NCBI GenBank assembly: GCA_035638655.1 | Contig: DASQZP010000056.1 | Location: forward strand, 1-36,174 | Length of the DNA: 36,174 nucleotides | Direction of reading: 5' to 3' | Origin: Bacteroidales bacterium | GTDB lineage: Bacteria > Bacteroidota > Bacteroidia > Bacteroidales > DASQZP01 | Shown: in pieces, positions 27,306 through 36,174 of the stretch | How positions within the stretch are numbered: the first letter of the stretch is position 1 | How the letters are laid out: every line of letters begins with the position of its first letter | Made by a program: the position numbers and the translations under genes | The notes under the pieces: model-generated | The model's database searches: none | The model's input: the letters and a program-made list of their open reading frames with translations, nothing else | Told to the model about the DNA's origin: nothing

Positions 27306-27749
27306 ATGAGAAAAATTTTACTGCTATTTTTAACAGGTCTTTTTTTCACGATTTGTCTTTCTGCTCAGGAAAACAAAGTGACGGATTATTGGTTGACATC
27401 AGAGGGGACCTCTCAGATTCAGCTTTATAAGGCTTCAAATGGAAAATATTATGGGAAAATTGTCTGGCTGAAAGATGACAAAGACAAAAGGGATGTTAAC
27501 AATCCGGACGTTTCCCTGCAAGGTAAAAAATTACTTGGTCTTCAGATATTGAAAGGATTTGAATATAACAAATCGGAGAAAACATGGGAGAGCGGAACAA
27601 TTTATGATCCTAATAACGGTAAAGTCTATGATTGCTATATGTGGTTTGAAGATGACACAAATACCTTAATAATAAAAGGATATGTCATGGGAATGAGATT
27701 TCTGGGAAGAGAAACTAAATGGTCCCGTGAGAAAATTAAACGGCAATAA
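27306..27749 (+). CDS. DUF2147-family secreted protein
   Basis: 147 aa with a signal peptide. GKIVWLKD...NNPD...L.G..IL.G, W..G.IYDPNNGKVY and IKGYVMG..LGRETKW match the DUF2147 pattern. Confidence 0.78.
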   Translation: MRKILLLFLTGLFFTICLSAQENKVTDYWLTSEGTSQIQLYKASNGKYYGKIVWLKDDKDKRDVNNPDVSLQGKKLLGLQILKGFEYNKSEKTWESGTIYDPNNGKVYDCYMWFEDDTNTLIIKGYVMGMRFLGRETKWSREKIKRQ

Positions 27750-27781
27750 AGTTTATCTGACACAATAGTAAATCTTTTAAT

Positions 27782-27827
27782 ACCTGCAGACTTCAACTTA
27801 TGAATGGTTGAACTGCAGGTTTTTTTA
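27782..27827 (+). terminator. rho-independent terminator
   Basis: Stem acctgcag (27782-27789) / ctgcaggt (27813-27820) has an inner ttcaac/gttgaa pairing and is followed by T7. Confidence 0.8.
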
Positions 27828-28071
27828 TGCATCATATTTTAATTTAAATTTTATTACTAACCTGAAATTTAATTCTCCGGATCTCACATTTTTTTTAACA
27901 CCCATAATTCAATTTGCACGAATACGTACACTATTCGTTCGCTTGCGGTCAATGATCTATAAAATGTCACCTCCATAAAATCTCGTAAGCAACACAAATA
28001 CAACCACATAAATAGTTTGGCATGAATAATGTTATCATGGACGATATCAATGAATAAAAAAATAATTAGCC

Positions 28072-28464
28072 ATGAATAAACTGATACTTACATTAGCAAT
28101 TACTTTCGGAATGATCGCCATCACTGCAAATTATACCTATGCTGGTCAGAAGGACAAAAAAGACAAAACCAAATCAAGTTTAGTGAAAAAATTAAACACA
28201 TTGGTGCAGAAGGATGCAGAAGATCTTTTGCATCTTGAAAACTGGATGAAAGAAGTTGAAATCTTTTCAATAGATGAAGTAGTTGAAGAAGATGCCCTTA
28301 AAGTAGAATATTGGATGATTGAATCCGGACAATTCGCAAATAACAATGAGGAAAAAATAGCCCTTGAGGCCTGGATGCTCGGGGAGAAATTTACCGGGTC
28401 ACCATTGAATGCAATTGAAAATGAATTAGATATAAAAGTAGAAAAATGGATGTTTAAATTTTAG
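28072..28464 (+). CDS. small secreted protein with four E-x-W-M repeats (unknown family)
   Basis: 130 aa with a signal peptide (cleavage around YTYA-GQ). The motifs LENWM, VEYWM, LEAWM and VEKWM have their WM at residues 58, 81, 101 and 126. Confidence 0.6.
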   Translation: MNKLILTLAITFGMIAITANYTYAGQKDKKDKTKSSLVKKLNTLVQKDAEDLLHLENWMKEVEIFSIDEVVEEDALKVEYWMIESGQFANNNEEKIALEAWMLGEKFTGSPLNAIENELDIKVEKWMFKF

Positions 28465-28496
28465 GTTTACGAGGTATTAAATAGTTAACAACAATC

Positions 28497-28526
28497 AAAA
28501 AAAGCTCCATTTATGGAGCTTTTTTA
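28497..28526 (+). terminator. rho-independent terminator
   Basis: aaaaaaagctcc-attt-atggagcttttttatttt: stem agctcc/ggagct (28503-28520) with flanking A and T runs. Confidence 0.75.
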
Positions 28527-28657
28527 TTTTATCTAATTTTTTTGACTTTTCATCACATCCAGAGATTCATGTAACAAAATTTTCAAACTCTGATTTGTCG
28601 ATGTCGTAATTAAAAATGTGTGAGATTAAACATTTGCGATGAGAAAGTTCTCTGTTT

Positions 28658-29146
28658 ATGAAAAAAATACTATTGATAGTTACGATGACAACAATATTAA
28701 CCGGATGTACTGGTAAAGAAAAAATAAATAAATTAAGGGTGCTGGAACAAAACAGATATTTTGTACATGACACTTTTAAACCATATACAGGGAAGCTGGT
28801 TATTCATTATACGGGGAGTAAAGAAGTAAAACATTTATTTTCTTATGTTGAGGGCAAACTGGATGGGGAGACGGTTTGGTATTATCCTAACGGACATTTG
28901 AAAGTTAAGGGTAATTACAGACATGGAGAGTTTGACGGGAAATGGGAGAAATTTTACGCCAATGGGAACAAATCCATGGAAGTAATTTACAATAACGGGG
29001 TTTTAGAAGGGCCTTTTACCAGATGGTATAAAAATGGCCGTCCAATGGAAGTTGGCCTGTATGCTAACAGCAGACCTGTCGGAACATGGACAACCTGGGA
29101 TGAATCAGGAAAGAAAACGCATCATAGTTATCAACTGTTAAAGTAA
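28658..29146 (+). CDS. MORN-variant repeat lipoprotein (YwqK-antitoxin-like family annotation)
   Basis: 162 aa with the lipobox LTGC. It has tandem repeats of the type G...G....WY.NG..K..G.Y..G..DG.W..FY.NG. Confidence 0.75.
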   Translation: MKKILLIVTMTTILTGCTGKEKINKLRVLEQNRYFVHDTFKPYTGKLVIHYTGSKEVKHLFSYVEGKLDGETVWYYPNGHLKVKGNYRHGEFDGKWEKFYANGNKSMEVIYNNGVLEGPFTRWYKNGRPMEVGLYANSRPVGTWTTWDESGKKTHHSYQLLK

Positions 29147-29249
29147 TTTTGTTCTTCATAAAAGCATTTAATTAATTTGAAATTTGCCTGCAAAATAACT
29201 TATTCCAGCAGTTTTTTTCGGTATTTTTCATGTCTGATGAAGTCCAAAT

Positions 29250-29269
29250 ATGCTCGAGTGAGCATTTTT
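29250..29269 (+). terminator. possible terminator in the convergent gap
   Basis: Stem atgctc-gagt-gagcat is followed by ttttg. The stem is short (6 bp), so this is tentative. Confidence 0.4.
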
Positions 29270-29309
29270 GTATCTTTTTCTGATTCTCTAAATATTTCAG
29301 TCCAATTAG

Positions 29310-29897
29310 TTAGAAAGTAAAAGAACAAGATATTCCAAGAGAAGCCTGGTAAGGGACAGGTTCCACAACAGCAGGTTTTAAATCCAGTGTAAGGTCTTTG
29401 GAGATATCAAAGTGGAAAAGATGTCCGTACACATTGGCATCAATAATATTCAGTGCGTACCAGGCTGCAGTGCCGATAACACTTAATTCCAGCCATCTGC
29501 GGTAATAGTCTTTATAGAATTTTAATTCTTCTTCCGGACTGTTACTAACAACAATATCCTGCCACTTAGTACCTTTAGTACCATTACTTTTAAAATCAAT
29601 ATAACCCTCTCTGTAGAGATTATAATTTTTCCCGTTATAATGGATAAAATATATTAGCGTTCCAAAGCCCGCGTATATTATGGGAATCTTCCAGTATTGC
29701 TGATTATAGGCCTGTCCGAGACCAGGCAAAAAAGTGGAGTACAACGTGGCTTTTCTGGCTGAATGTGGTTTTTCAGAAGTTGTATCCTGCCTGGAGTTAT
29801 TAGTTGCAGATTTTGTTTGTGCCTCAACAGAAAAATTCAAAGCTGAACTAATCATTAAAGTAAATATCAGAATATATTTTAATGCTGTTGTCTTCAA
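29310..29897 (-). CDS. DUF5683-family protein
   Basis: 195 aa. LPGLGQAYNQQYWKIPIIYAGFG is the family hallmark, and the position directly downstream of parB is the conserved Bacteroidota arrangement. The start is TTG (complement of 29895-29897). The signal-like N-terminus KTTALKYILIFTLMISSALNFSVEAQ argues that this long form is real. Confidence 0.72.
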   Translation of the reverse strand: MKTTALKYILIFTLMISSALNFSVEAQTKSATNNSRQDTTSEKPHSARKATLYSTFLPGLGQAYNQQYWKIPIIYAGFGTLIYFIHYNGKNYNLYREGYIDFKSNGTKGTKWQDIVVSNSPEEELKFYKDYYRRWLELSVIGTAAWYALNIIDANVYGHLFHFDISKDLTLDLKPAVVEPVPYQASLGISCSFTF

Positions 29898-30063
29898 ACA
29901 AGTCTGCTTTTTATAGTATGAATAACAAATTAAACACTACACATGTTAATGAATGTAACGAATAATCTTTCTGTTTATTTTTATATTGCCGCCCATAAAA
30001 TAACCTGGATACAGTGGGGGCGACCGGCTGGAATTTTCTTAAAAGCCAAAGAAAACCTGAAGC

Positions 30064-30960
30064 TTAAGACTTCAGGTTATCAAGAATTGCAACTATTCTT
30101 TCAAGGTCTTCATCCGATTTGAACGGAATTACAATTTTGCCTGCTCCCTTGTTATTGCGTTTAAATTCTATATTTGAACGAAAGAATTGATTCAAATGAT
30201 TTTTTAAATCTTCATATTCCCGGGGAAGTCCGGGAGTGTGGTTGTCATCCGGATTCTTTTCAACTTTTGGTTTGTTCAGGTTTCTTACCAGTTCTTCAGT
30301 AGCCCTTACAGAAAGATCATTTTCAACGATTATGTCATAAACATCTTTTTGAGTTTCTTGATCTTCAATACTAATAAGCGTTTTGGCCTGGCCCATTCCG
30401 AGTTTTTTTTCTCTGATGCCCAGCTGAATTTCAGCCGGCAATCGGAGCAGGCGAAGGTAATTTGTGATAGTAGAACGCTTTTTGCCAACTCTCTCACTCA
30501 TATTTTCCTGGGTGAGCTTGCACTCATCAATTAAACGCTGATAACTGATCGCTACTTCAATGGAATCCAGGTCCTGTCGCTGAATGTTTTCCACCAGTGC
30601 CATTTCAAGCATGGCCTGGTCGTCAGCAAGACGTATGTATGCCGGAATTGTTTTTAAGCCGGCCAGTGTAGCCGCACGCAACCTGCGTTCACCGGTAATC
30701 AGCTGGAATTTGCCCTTCTCTTCAAGCAGCCTGACTGTAATAGGCTGTATGATGCCGATCTCTTTAATAGAGGATGATAACTCCTCCAGTGACTCCTGGT
30801 CAAAGTTTGTTCTGGGTTGGTAAGGGTTGGTTTCAATTAGCTTGATGTCGATCTCATTGATAGCATCTCCGCCTACGACAACCTCTTCTTTTCTTTCCTC
30901 ATCACTTCCTGTCTCAATGAGTGCACCCAACCCTCTTCCTAATGCATTCTTTTTTGCCAT
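30064..30960 (-). CDS. parB: chromosome partitioning protein ParB (Spo0J)
   Basis: 298 aa. It has LGRGLGALI, NPYQPR, the arginine patch GERRLRAA and an HTH region (RVGKKRSTITNYLRLL). Confidence 0.93.
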   Translation of the reverse strand: MAKKNALGRGLGALIETGSDEERKEEVVVGGDAINEIDIKLIETNPYQPRTNFDQESLEELSSSIKEIGIIQPITVRLLEEKGKFQLITGERRLRAATLAGLKTIPAYIRLADDQAMLEMALVENIQRQDLDSIEVAISYQRLIDECKLTQENMSERVGKKRSTITNYLRLLRLPAEIQLGIREKKLGMGQAKTLISIEDQETQKDVYDIIVENDLSVRATEELVRNLNKPKVEKNPDDNHTPGLPREYEDLKNHLNQFFRSNIEFKRNNKGAGKIVIPFKSDEDLERIVAILDNLKS

Positions 30961-31008
30961 AATTTAATAATTAATGTAGACTGCTGACACATGCCTTTTA
31001 TGTCTTTT

Positions 31009-31809
31009 TTATTCGACAATTTTTTCCGAATTCTTTAAAGCTGTCTCTTCGTTATTTTGTAAAATCTCTCTTGCCAGGTTCAGATGATTAACTGAACCCT
31101 TGGATTCAGCGTCGTACATAATCACCGGTTTGCCAAAACTTGGAGATTCACCCAGCTTAATGTTACGCTGAATGATGGTATCAAACACCATATCCTGAAA
31201 ATGTTTCTTAACTTCGTCGACAACCTGATTCGACAAACGCAGACGAGAATCATACATGGTAAGTAAAAATCCTTCGATTTCAAGTTCGGGATTAAGTCGG
31301 CTCTGGATAATTTTAATAGTATTTAATAGTTTTCCCAATCCTTCCAGCGCAAAATATTCGCACTGAACCGGGATTAGAACTGAATCAGCAGCAGTAAGGG
31401 CATTTACAGTGATTAGTCCCAGTGAGGGTGAACAGTCAATTAAAACAAAATCATAATCATCCCTGATCTTTCCGATAACTTCTTTCAGCATTTTCTCCCT
31501 GTTGGGCATGTTTAGCATTTCAATCTCTGCACCAACAAGATCAATATGTGAAGGGATCAGATCAAGACCACTGATTTCACTGTTCAGGATAATGCTTCTG
31601 GGATCAACCTCATCTACCAGACATTCATAGATACTGGTTTTAATGCTGCGGATGTCAAACCCGCTACCCGATGTTGCATTAGCCTGAGGGTCAGCATCAA
31701 TTAAAAGTACCTTTTTTTCCAGTACGGCAAGGCTCGCCGCCAGATTGATCGCGGTGGTAGTTTTTCCTACTCCACCTTTTTGATTTGCAAGAGCTATAAC
31801 TTTTGCCAT
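31009..31809 (-). CDS. parA: ParA/Soj chromosome partitioning ATPase
   Basis: 266 aa. It carries the deviant Walker A NQKGGVGKTTT, plus DADPQANAT and LIDCSPSLG. Confidence 0.95.
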   Translation of the reverse strand: MAKVIALANQKGGVGKTTTAINLAASLAVLEKKVLLIDADPQANATSGSGFDIRSIKTSIYECLVDEVDPRSIILNSEISGLDLIPSHIDLVGAEIEMLNMPNREKMLKEVIGKIRDDYDFVLIDCSPSLGLITVNALTAADSVLIPVQCEYFALEGLGKLLNTIKIIQSRLNPELEIEGFLLTMYDSRLRLSNQVVDEVKKHFQDMVFDTIIQRNIKLGESPSFGKPVIMYDAESKGSVNHLNLAREILQNNEETALKNSEKIVE

Positions 31810-31865
31810 TCTTTTGAATATTATATTGAATTATTCCCTTTCTGAATTATTTCTTCCGGGGATCG

Positions 31866-31873
31866 CAAATTTA
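31866..31873 (-). promoter_or_regulatory. candidate -7 box (TAAATTTG) upstream of parA
   Basis: Plus-strand caaattta reads TAAATTTG on the minus strand, about 57 nt upstream of the parA ATG. An identical octamer recurs at 32015-32022. Confidence 0.35.
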
Positions 31874-32276
31874 CTATTATTAATATCATTCATCTGTAAA
31901 CCCTGATCTGATTTGTAAACATTTTCCGGCTTACTTATAAACAACTTTTCAACAGCCGTTTAATCGGGTTGAATTTCAATACGATACATGACTGATCGCA
32001 GGTGTGCTCCCTTGCAAATTTAATAATAATATGAGTCTAAAAAAAACTTTTCATCTATTCAACCGGTTGTTCGGTTACTGATAATACGTTATAATTCTAT
32101 AATTGTTTTTGAACTTTTATAATTAAATTATCATGCAATTTTATTTATAGCAGATATATACAGATAGTCAACTGAATACTCCTGTTTTTTTGAAAAGTGA
32201 TGAGTAGTTAAAAATATTAATAATACCTGTTTGGGAGGGGATTTGTGGTTTGCTCTGATTAAGCATCGTACTTTAT

Positions 32277-33095
32277 TTATTCCAGCAAATGGAAAAATCC
32301 AGATTGTTTAATGATATTTTGTGTATCGTCCAGTGATTCAATCACATAATAATAAATACCCTGGGGAGCTTTTATGCCGTTTATTGTAAAACCATCCCAA
32401 AGAATTGCTTTTGTATCTGATTTATATACAAGGTTCCCGCTTCTGCTATAAACTCTGAACATATAACTGGTTCTTCCGTTGGTAGGGACATAGAAAAAGT
32501 CATTATACCCATCGCCATTGGGTGTAAATACATTTGGAATTTCAAGTTTTCCGGCTATTCTTACATCTCTTTCAGTAGTATCAGCACATCCAATATTGTC
32601 TTTGACGATAAGTCTGACATTGTATATGCCTGCTGAATCAAACTGGTGGAACAGACTGGGTGCAGAGGAACTAAAGCCATCCTGGAATAACCAGTTATAA
32701 AAATACTGAAGCGTATCAACAGGCTGGTTTAAGGAATGAAAAGTGTAAGTAAGCTTCTCTTTGGCAAGTGTGTCAGCGTAATTAAAAAACGAGACCGGAA
32801 GAGGGTGTACTTTAATATAGTTTTCTTTTATTTTAATTTTATTTTCGTTTACAATCAGGGAAACACTATAGGTGCCGGATTGGTCATAAACTACTGCAGG
32901 GGGATCTTCTGAATTGCTGGTCATCCCATTACCAAAATCCCAAACAATGCTTTGAACAGCAATTGTATCAGCATAAGTGAATTTAACTGTTAAAGGGACA
33001 CAGCCTTCCGGTGAATCGGCTATGAAATTCTGAGCCATGCTGTTTAGGCTCGAAAGTAAAAGCAACAAACTTGTAAATGGTTTAATGTACCTCAT
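32277..33095 (-). CDS. PKD-domain protein with T9SS type-B C-terminal sorting domain
   Basis: 272 aa with a signal peptide. Two PKD-like modules are present (WDFGNG...GTYSVSL and FQDGFSS...GIYNVRLIVKD). The C-terminal NVFTPNGDGYNDFF motif is the gliding-motility-associated / type-B T9SS CTD. Confidence 0.85.
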   Translation of the reverse strand: MRYIKPFTSLLLLLSSLNSMAQNFIADSPEGCVPLTVKFTYADTIAVQSIVWDFGNGMTSNSEDPPAVVYDQSGTYSVSLIVNENKIKIKENYIKVHPLPVSFFNYADTLAKEKLTYTFHSLNQPVDTLQYFYNWLFQDGFSSSAPSLFHQFDSAGIYNVRLIVKDNIGCADTTERDVRIAGKLEIPNVFTPNGDGYNDFFYVPTNGRTSYMFRVYSRSGNLVYKSDTKAILWDGFTINGIKAPQGIYYYVIESLDDTQNIIKQSGFFHLLE

Positions 33096-33134
33096 TAATC
33101 AGTAATTCAGATTGTTTTTTTACGTTCTACGTGT

Positions 33135-34238
33135 CTAAATGTTTTCGGTTAGCTTTTTAACCACCTTAAAATTATTAAAAAATTCTTTTGCGAATACTCT
33201 GAGAACTGTATATCCGGGTATCGCCAGTATCATTCCGATAATACCACCCAGGCTTCCTGCGACAAGCAGTACAATGAAAATCTCAAGAGGATGTGCATGC
33301 ACACTGCTTGAGTATATGATTGGCTGAAAAACTACATTGTCAATTATTTGAACCGAAATAAAAACCAATAACATGTAAATCATGAGCGGTAGCAGCTGAG
33401 AGCTGAAATCCATTGAGAGATGAGTGATCACTCCCATTGATATACCCAGTACAGCTCCGGCAATAGGTCCGACATAAGGGATCACATTGAGTATGCCAAC
33501 AAACAATCCTATTACCAGCCCCTGTTTAAAGCTAAGTCCGACAATTGTAAGTCCGATCGTTATCAATATAATGATACATGTAATCTGAACCAGAATCCCT
33601 ATAAAATACCTTCCCAGCAGGTGCCTGACTGAGCGTAGGGCTCTTTTCATTTCTTCTTCGTACTCTGTAGGAATCAGCATAATTATTGCATTGGCAAATA
33701 ATTTCTCATCTTTTAGAAAGAAAAAAGTAATAAAGGTGACAGAAAATAAAGCAATTACAAAATTCCCAAGTATACTTGCTACATATCCGAAAAAATTTGT
33801 GATCATACCAAGATTAAGCAGGGAAGCCACTTTATTTGTGATGTATTCCTGTAATGAACTGCTATGGATGCTGTCCGGATTATATCTGTTAAATATGCCC
33901 TCAGCCCATTCTATAGGACCGTTGATACTGTCCACAAGTTTTTGTACATCAATAGTGCTAAGCTGGTTGGCTTGCTGTATTACCAGAGGAATGAAAACCC
34001 GGAAAAAGGTAAAAAAAACTGTCCAGAGAAATAATAGTGTGATTGCTGCACTGAGCGTGTTGGGCAGATGAAAATTTTTGTATTTTAGTTTGCCAAGAAG
34101 TTCAACAACAGGTCTGCCGATAAGAGAAAGTACGGCTGAAATCAACACATAGACTACGATGTTCCTGAAATACCATAAAACGAATACAAAAAGAACAAAC
34201 CCCAGACTGTAAAGCACATAACGAATGGTTTTGTTCAT
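33135..34238 (-). CDS. AI-2E family transporter (PerM/UPF0118)
   Basis: 367 aa polytopic protein. Its topology and the NVIPYVGPIAG motif are typical of the family. Confidence 0.85.
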   Translation of the reverse strand: MNKTIRYVLYSLGFVLFVFVLWYFRNIVVYVLISAVLSLIGRPVVELLGKLKYKNFHLPNTLSAAITLLFLWTVFFTFFRVFIPLVIQQANQLSTIDVQKLVDSINGPIEWAEGIFNRYNPDSIHSSSLQEYITNKVASLLNLGMITNFFGYVASILGNFVIALFSVTFITFFFLKDEKLFANAIIMLIPTEYEEEMKRALRSVRHLLGRYFIGILVQITCIIILITIGLTIVGLSFKQGLVIGLFVGILNVIPYVGPIAGAVLGISMGVITHLSMDFSSQLLPLMIYMLLVFISVQIIDNVVFQPIIYSSSVHAHPLEIFIVLLVAGSLGGIIGMILAIPGYTVLRVFAKEFFNNFKVVKKLTENI

Positions 34239-34362
34239 GGTTTGTAATTTAGGTTTTAAAAAAGGCCTTCAAAACGTAGCAAAAATAATAATTTGACCTT
34301 TATCTCCCTAATATTGTTAATAAATTGTAATAAAATGATTTGAAGATATTCAAACTAAAACT

Positions 34363-35496
34363 ATGAAAAAAAAACAAAAAATTATTGTATTGGGCGCCGG
34401 TTTGGTAGGAGGTGTAATTGCTGCTGATCTGAACCGGAGATTTAATGTTACTTCTGCTGATATTGATCAGGATGTTCTGCTTAAGGTTGAAAAAGAAGGT
34501 GTGGATGTGATAATAACAGATCTTTCAGATCCTGAAAATATCAGAAAAATCGTCCAACCTTTTGATCTTGTTGTTGGTGCCATGCCGGGTTATATGGGAT
34601 TTCAAACAGTAAAAGCAGTGATTGAAGCCGGTAAGAATATAGTTGACATATCCTTCTTTCCTGAAGATCCGTTTCAGCTGCATCAACTGGCAAATGAAAA
34701 GAACGTAACTGCGATTGTTGATTGTGGCGTAGCCCCGGGCATGGGGAATATTATTCTGGGCTATCATGATGCTTCTATGAAAGTGAGTTCTTATCAATGT
34801 TATGTGGGTGGATTGCCATTTAAACGCAAATGGCCATTTGAGTATAAGGCAGTTTTTTCGCCAGTCGATGTCATTGAAGAATATACCCGTCCGGCCCGGT
34901 TTGTTCTGCATGGACAGGTGGTTACAAGAGAAGCTTTGTCTGATCCGGAATTGATTTATTTTGATGAGATAGGCACCCTTGAAGCATGGAATTCGGATGG
35001 ATTGCGAACGCTCATTGATACCATGGATATTCCAGATATGATTGAAAAAACACTGAGATACCCTGGAACAATAAATTATCTCAGAATGTTGCGCGAATGT
35101 GGTTTCTTCTCTGATGAGCCTGTTGAAATTGCCGGAAACAAGATTAAGCCTCTCGATTTAACTGCCAAATTGCTGAAAGATATTTGGAAACTAAAACCAG
35201 GAGAGGAAGATTACACTATCATGCGCATTACAATTTCCGGAATTAAAGAGGATAAAAAGAAAGAATTGGTTTACGATCTTTATGATCGTTATGATATTCA
35301 AAACCAAACTATTTCAATGGCAAGAACTACAGGATTTACCTGTGCTGCAGCAGCAAATCTTGTGCTTGAGGGTTTATACACTGCGCCAGGGATTTCTCCT
35401 CCGGAATATGTGGGCCGGATTCCAGATTGTTTTGAATTTATTATGAAGTATCTCGCAAATAGAGGAGTTAATTATAATCTCAGTGTTATAGAATAA
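34363..35496 (+). CDS. saccharopine dehydrogenase-family NAD(P) oxidoreductase
   Basis: 377 aa. The N-terminal Rossmann motif is IIVLGAGLVGGVIA. The central CGVAPGMGNI motif and overall size fit COG1748 (LYS9-like) enzymes. Confidence 0.8.
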   Translation: MKKKQKIIVLGAGLVGGVIAADLNRRFNVTSADIDQDVLLKVEKEGVDVIITDLSDPENIRKIVQPFDLVVGAMPGYMGFQTVKAVIEAGKNIVDISFFPEDPFQLHQLANEKNVTAIVDCGVAPGMGNIILGYHDASMKVSSYQCYVGGLPFKRKWPFEYKAVFSPVDVIEEYTRPARFVLHGQVVTREALSDPELIYFDEIGTLEAWNSDGLRTLIDTMDIPDMIEKTLRYPGTINYLRMLRECGFFSDEPVEIAGNKIKPLDLTAKLLKDIWKLKPGEEDYTIMRITISGIKEDKKKELVYDLYDRYDIQNQTISMARTTGFTCAAAANLVLEGLYTAPGISPPEYVGRIPDCFEFIMKYLANRGVNYNLSVIE

Positions 35497-35613
35497 AAAT
35501 TAAAAATTTATAAGACTGAATTTTGTTGGGTATTATCGCCTGAGAATTTTTTAAATTCCCAAAATTAATTTTCTATTTTTACATGATCAATAACTGAGAA
35601 TAACAGAATTAGT

Positions 35614-36174
35614 ATGAAACAATATAAGGAACTCCTGCAGCATGTGTTTGATCACGGAGAAAAAAAAGAAGACCGAACGGGAACAGGAACCATCAGTATA
35701 TTTGGTTATCAGATGAGATTCAATCTTGAGGAAGGTTTTCCGTTACTTACTACTAAAAAGCTACATCTGCGATCCATCATTTATGAACTGTTATGGTTCT
35801 TACAGGGTAATACCAATGTAAAGTATTTGCAGGAAAATAAGGTGCGAATCTGGAATGAATGGGCAGATGCCGAAGGTGAACTGGGTCCTGTTTACGGTCA
35901 TCAATGGCGCTCATGGCCTACTCCTGACGGGCCGGGTATTGATCAGATCAGCAGGGTAATTGCTTCCATCAGGAACAATCCGGATTCACGAAGACATATT
36001 GTAAGTGCCTGGAATGTATCAGATCTGGATAAGATGGCTTTGCCTCCCTGCCATATATTGTTTCAGTTTTATGTTTCAAAAGGAAAATTATCCTGTCAGT
36101 TATATCAGAGAAGTGCAGATATTTTTCTCGGGGTTCCATTCAATATCGCATCCTATTCATTATTATTGATGATG
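35614..36174 (+). CDS. thyA: thymidylate synthase (5' part, continues past the window end)
   Basis: Hand translation from ATG 35614 gives [68 protein letters not shown]...[13 protein letters not shown]...[22 protein letters not shown]. These are canonical ThyA motifs, including the catalytic PCH. The frame is open to 36174. Confidence 0.97.
   Translation, partial: MKQYKELLQHVFDHGEKKEDRTGTGTISIFGYQMRFNLEEGFPLLTTKKLHLRSIIYELLWFLQGNTNVKYLQENKVRIWNEWADAEGELGPVYGHQWRSWPTPDGPGIDQISRVIASIRNNPDSRRHIVSAWNVSDLDKMALPPCHILFQFYVSKGKLSCQLYQRSADIFLGVPFNIASYSLLLMM

Noticed and set aside
31300-31310. DnaA-box-like word tctggataa, and the AT-rich parA upstream region as a possible oriC
   Set aside because: It is a single one-mismatch word inside the parA coding sequence. 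There is no cluster of TTATCCACA-like boxes in the 31810-32276 spacer and no dnaA or dnaN nearby.
1-36174. Searched the window for CRISPR repeats, IS or transposon ends, integrases, restriction-modification, toxin-antitoxin or other defence modules
   Set aside because: There is no periodic repeat-spacer pattern. No ORF has transposase, integrase, nuclease, methylase or reverse-transcriptase motifs. Composition is uniform apart from the 9716-9919 island.

Overview
This 36.2 kb window is a low-GC chromosomal segment with Bacteroidota hallmarks: a T9SS type-B C-terminal sorting domain, parA-parB-DUF5683 synteny, a DUF4492-cydA-cydB operon and TAnnTTTG-type -7 boxes. All calls come from reading the sequence and ORF track by hand; no database or folding tool was run. 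Nearly all of it is housekeeping. Genes found: HAD-like phosphatase, aldo/keto reductase, cysE-cysK, YugP-like Zn peptidase, cbpA-like J-protein, pssA, cytochrome bd oxidase, SCO1 plus heme O synthase, lon, GlmU-like transferase, L31 type B, a BI-1-like/class-V PLP enzyme/large GNAT operon, a Wzx-like flippase, tRNA-His, several small exported proteins, parAB, a PKD/T9SS cargo protein, an AI-2E transporter, a saccharopine-dehydrogenase-like enzyme and the 5' part of thyA. I see no transposase, integrase, CRISPR array, rRNA or recognisable defence or toxin module, so I cannot support a new multi-gene system. The best candidate for something undescribed is a GC-enriched, hairpin-dense non-coding island (about 9716-9919, plus a stem-loop at 9962-9995) just downstream of the cyd operon, which I cannot assign to any RNA family. 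Other points worth a second look:
- an unannotated 42-aa CydX-like small ORF after cydB
- a cysteine-less HMA-fold lipoprotein next to SCO1/CtaB
- a small secreted protein with four E-x-W-M repeats
- an orphan secreted protein of about 342 aa
- an identical strong Shine-Dalgarno 10-mer before two genes
- a tRNA-His that shows two acceptor-stem mismatches in my hand fold
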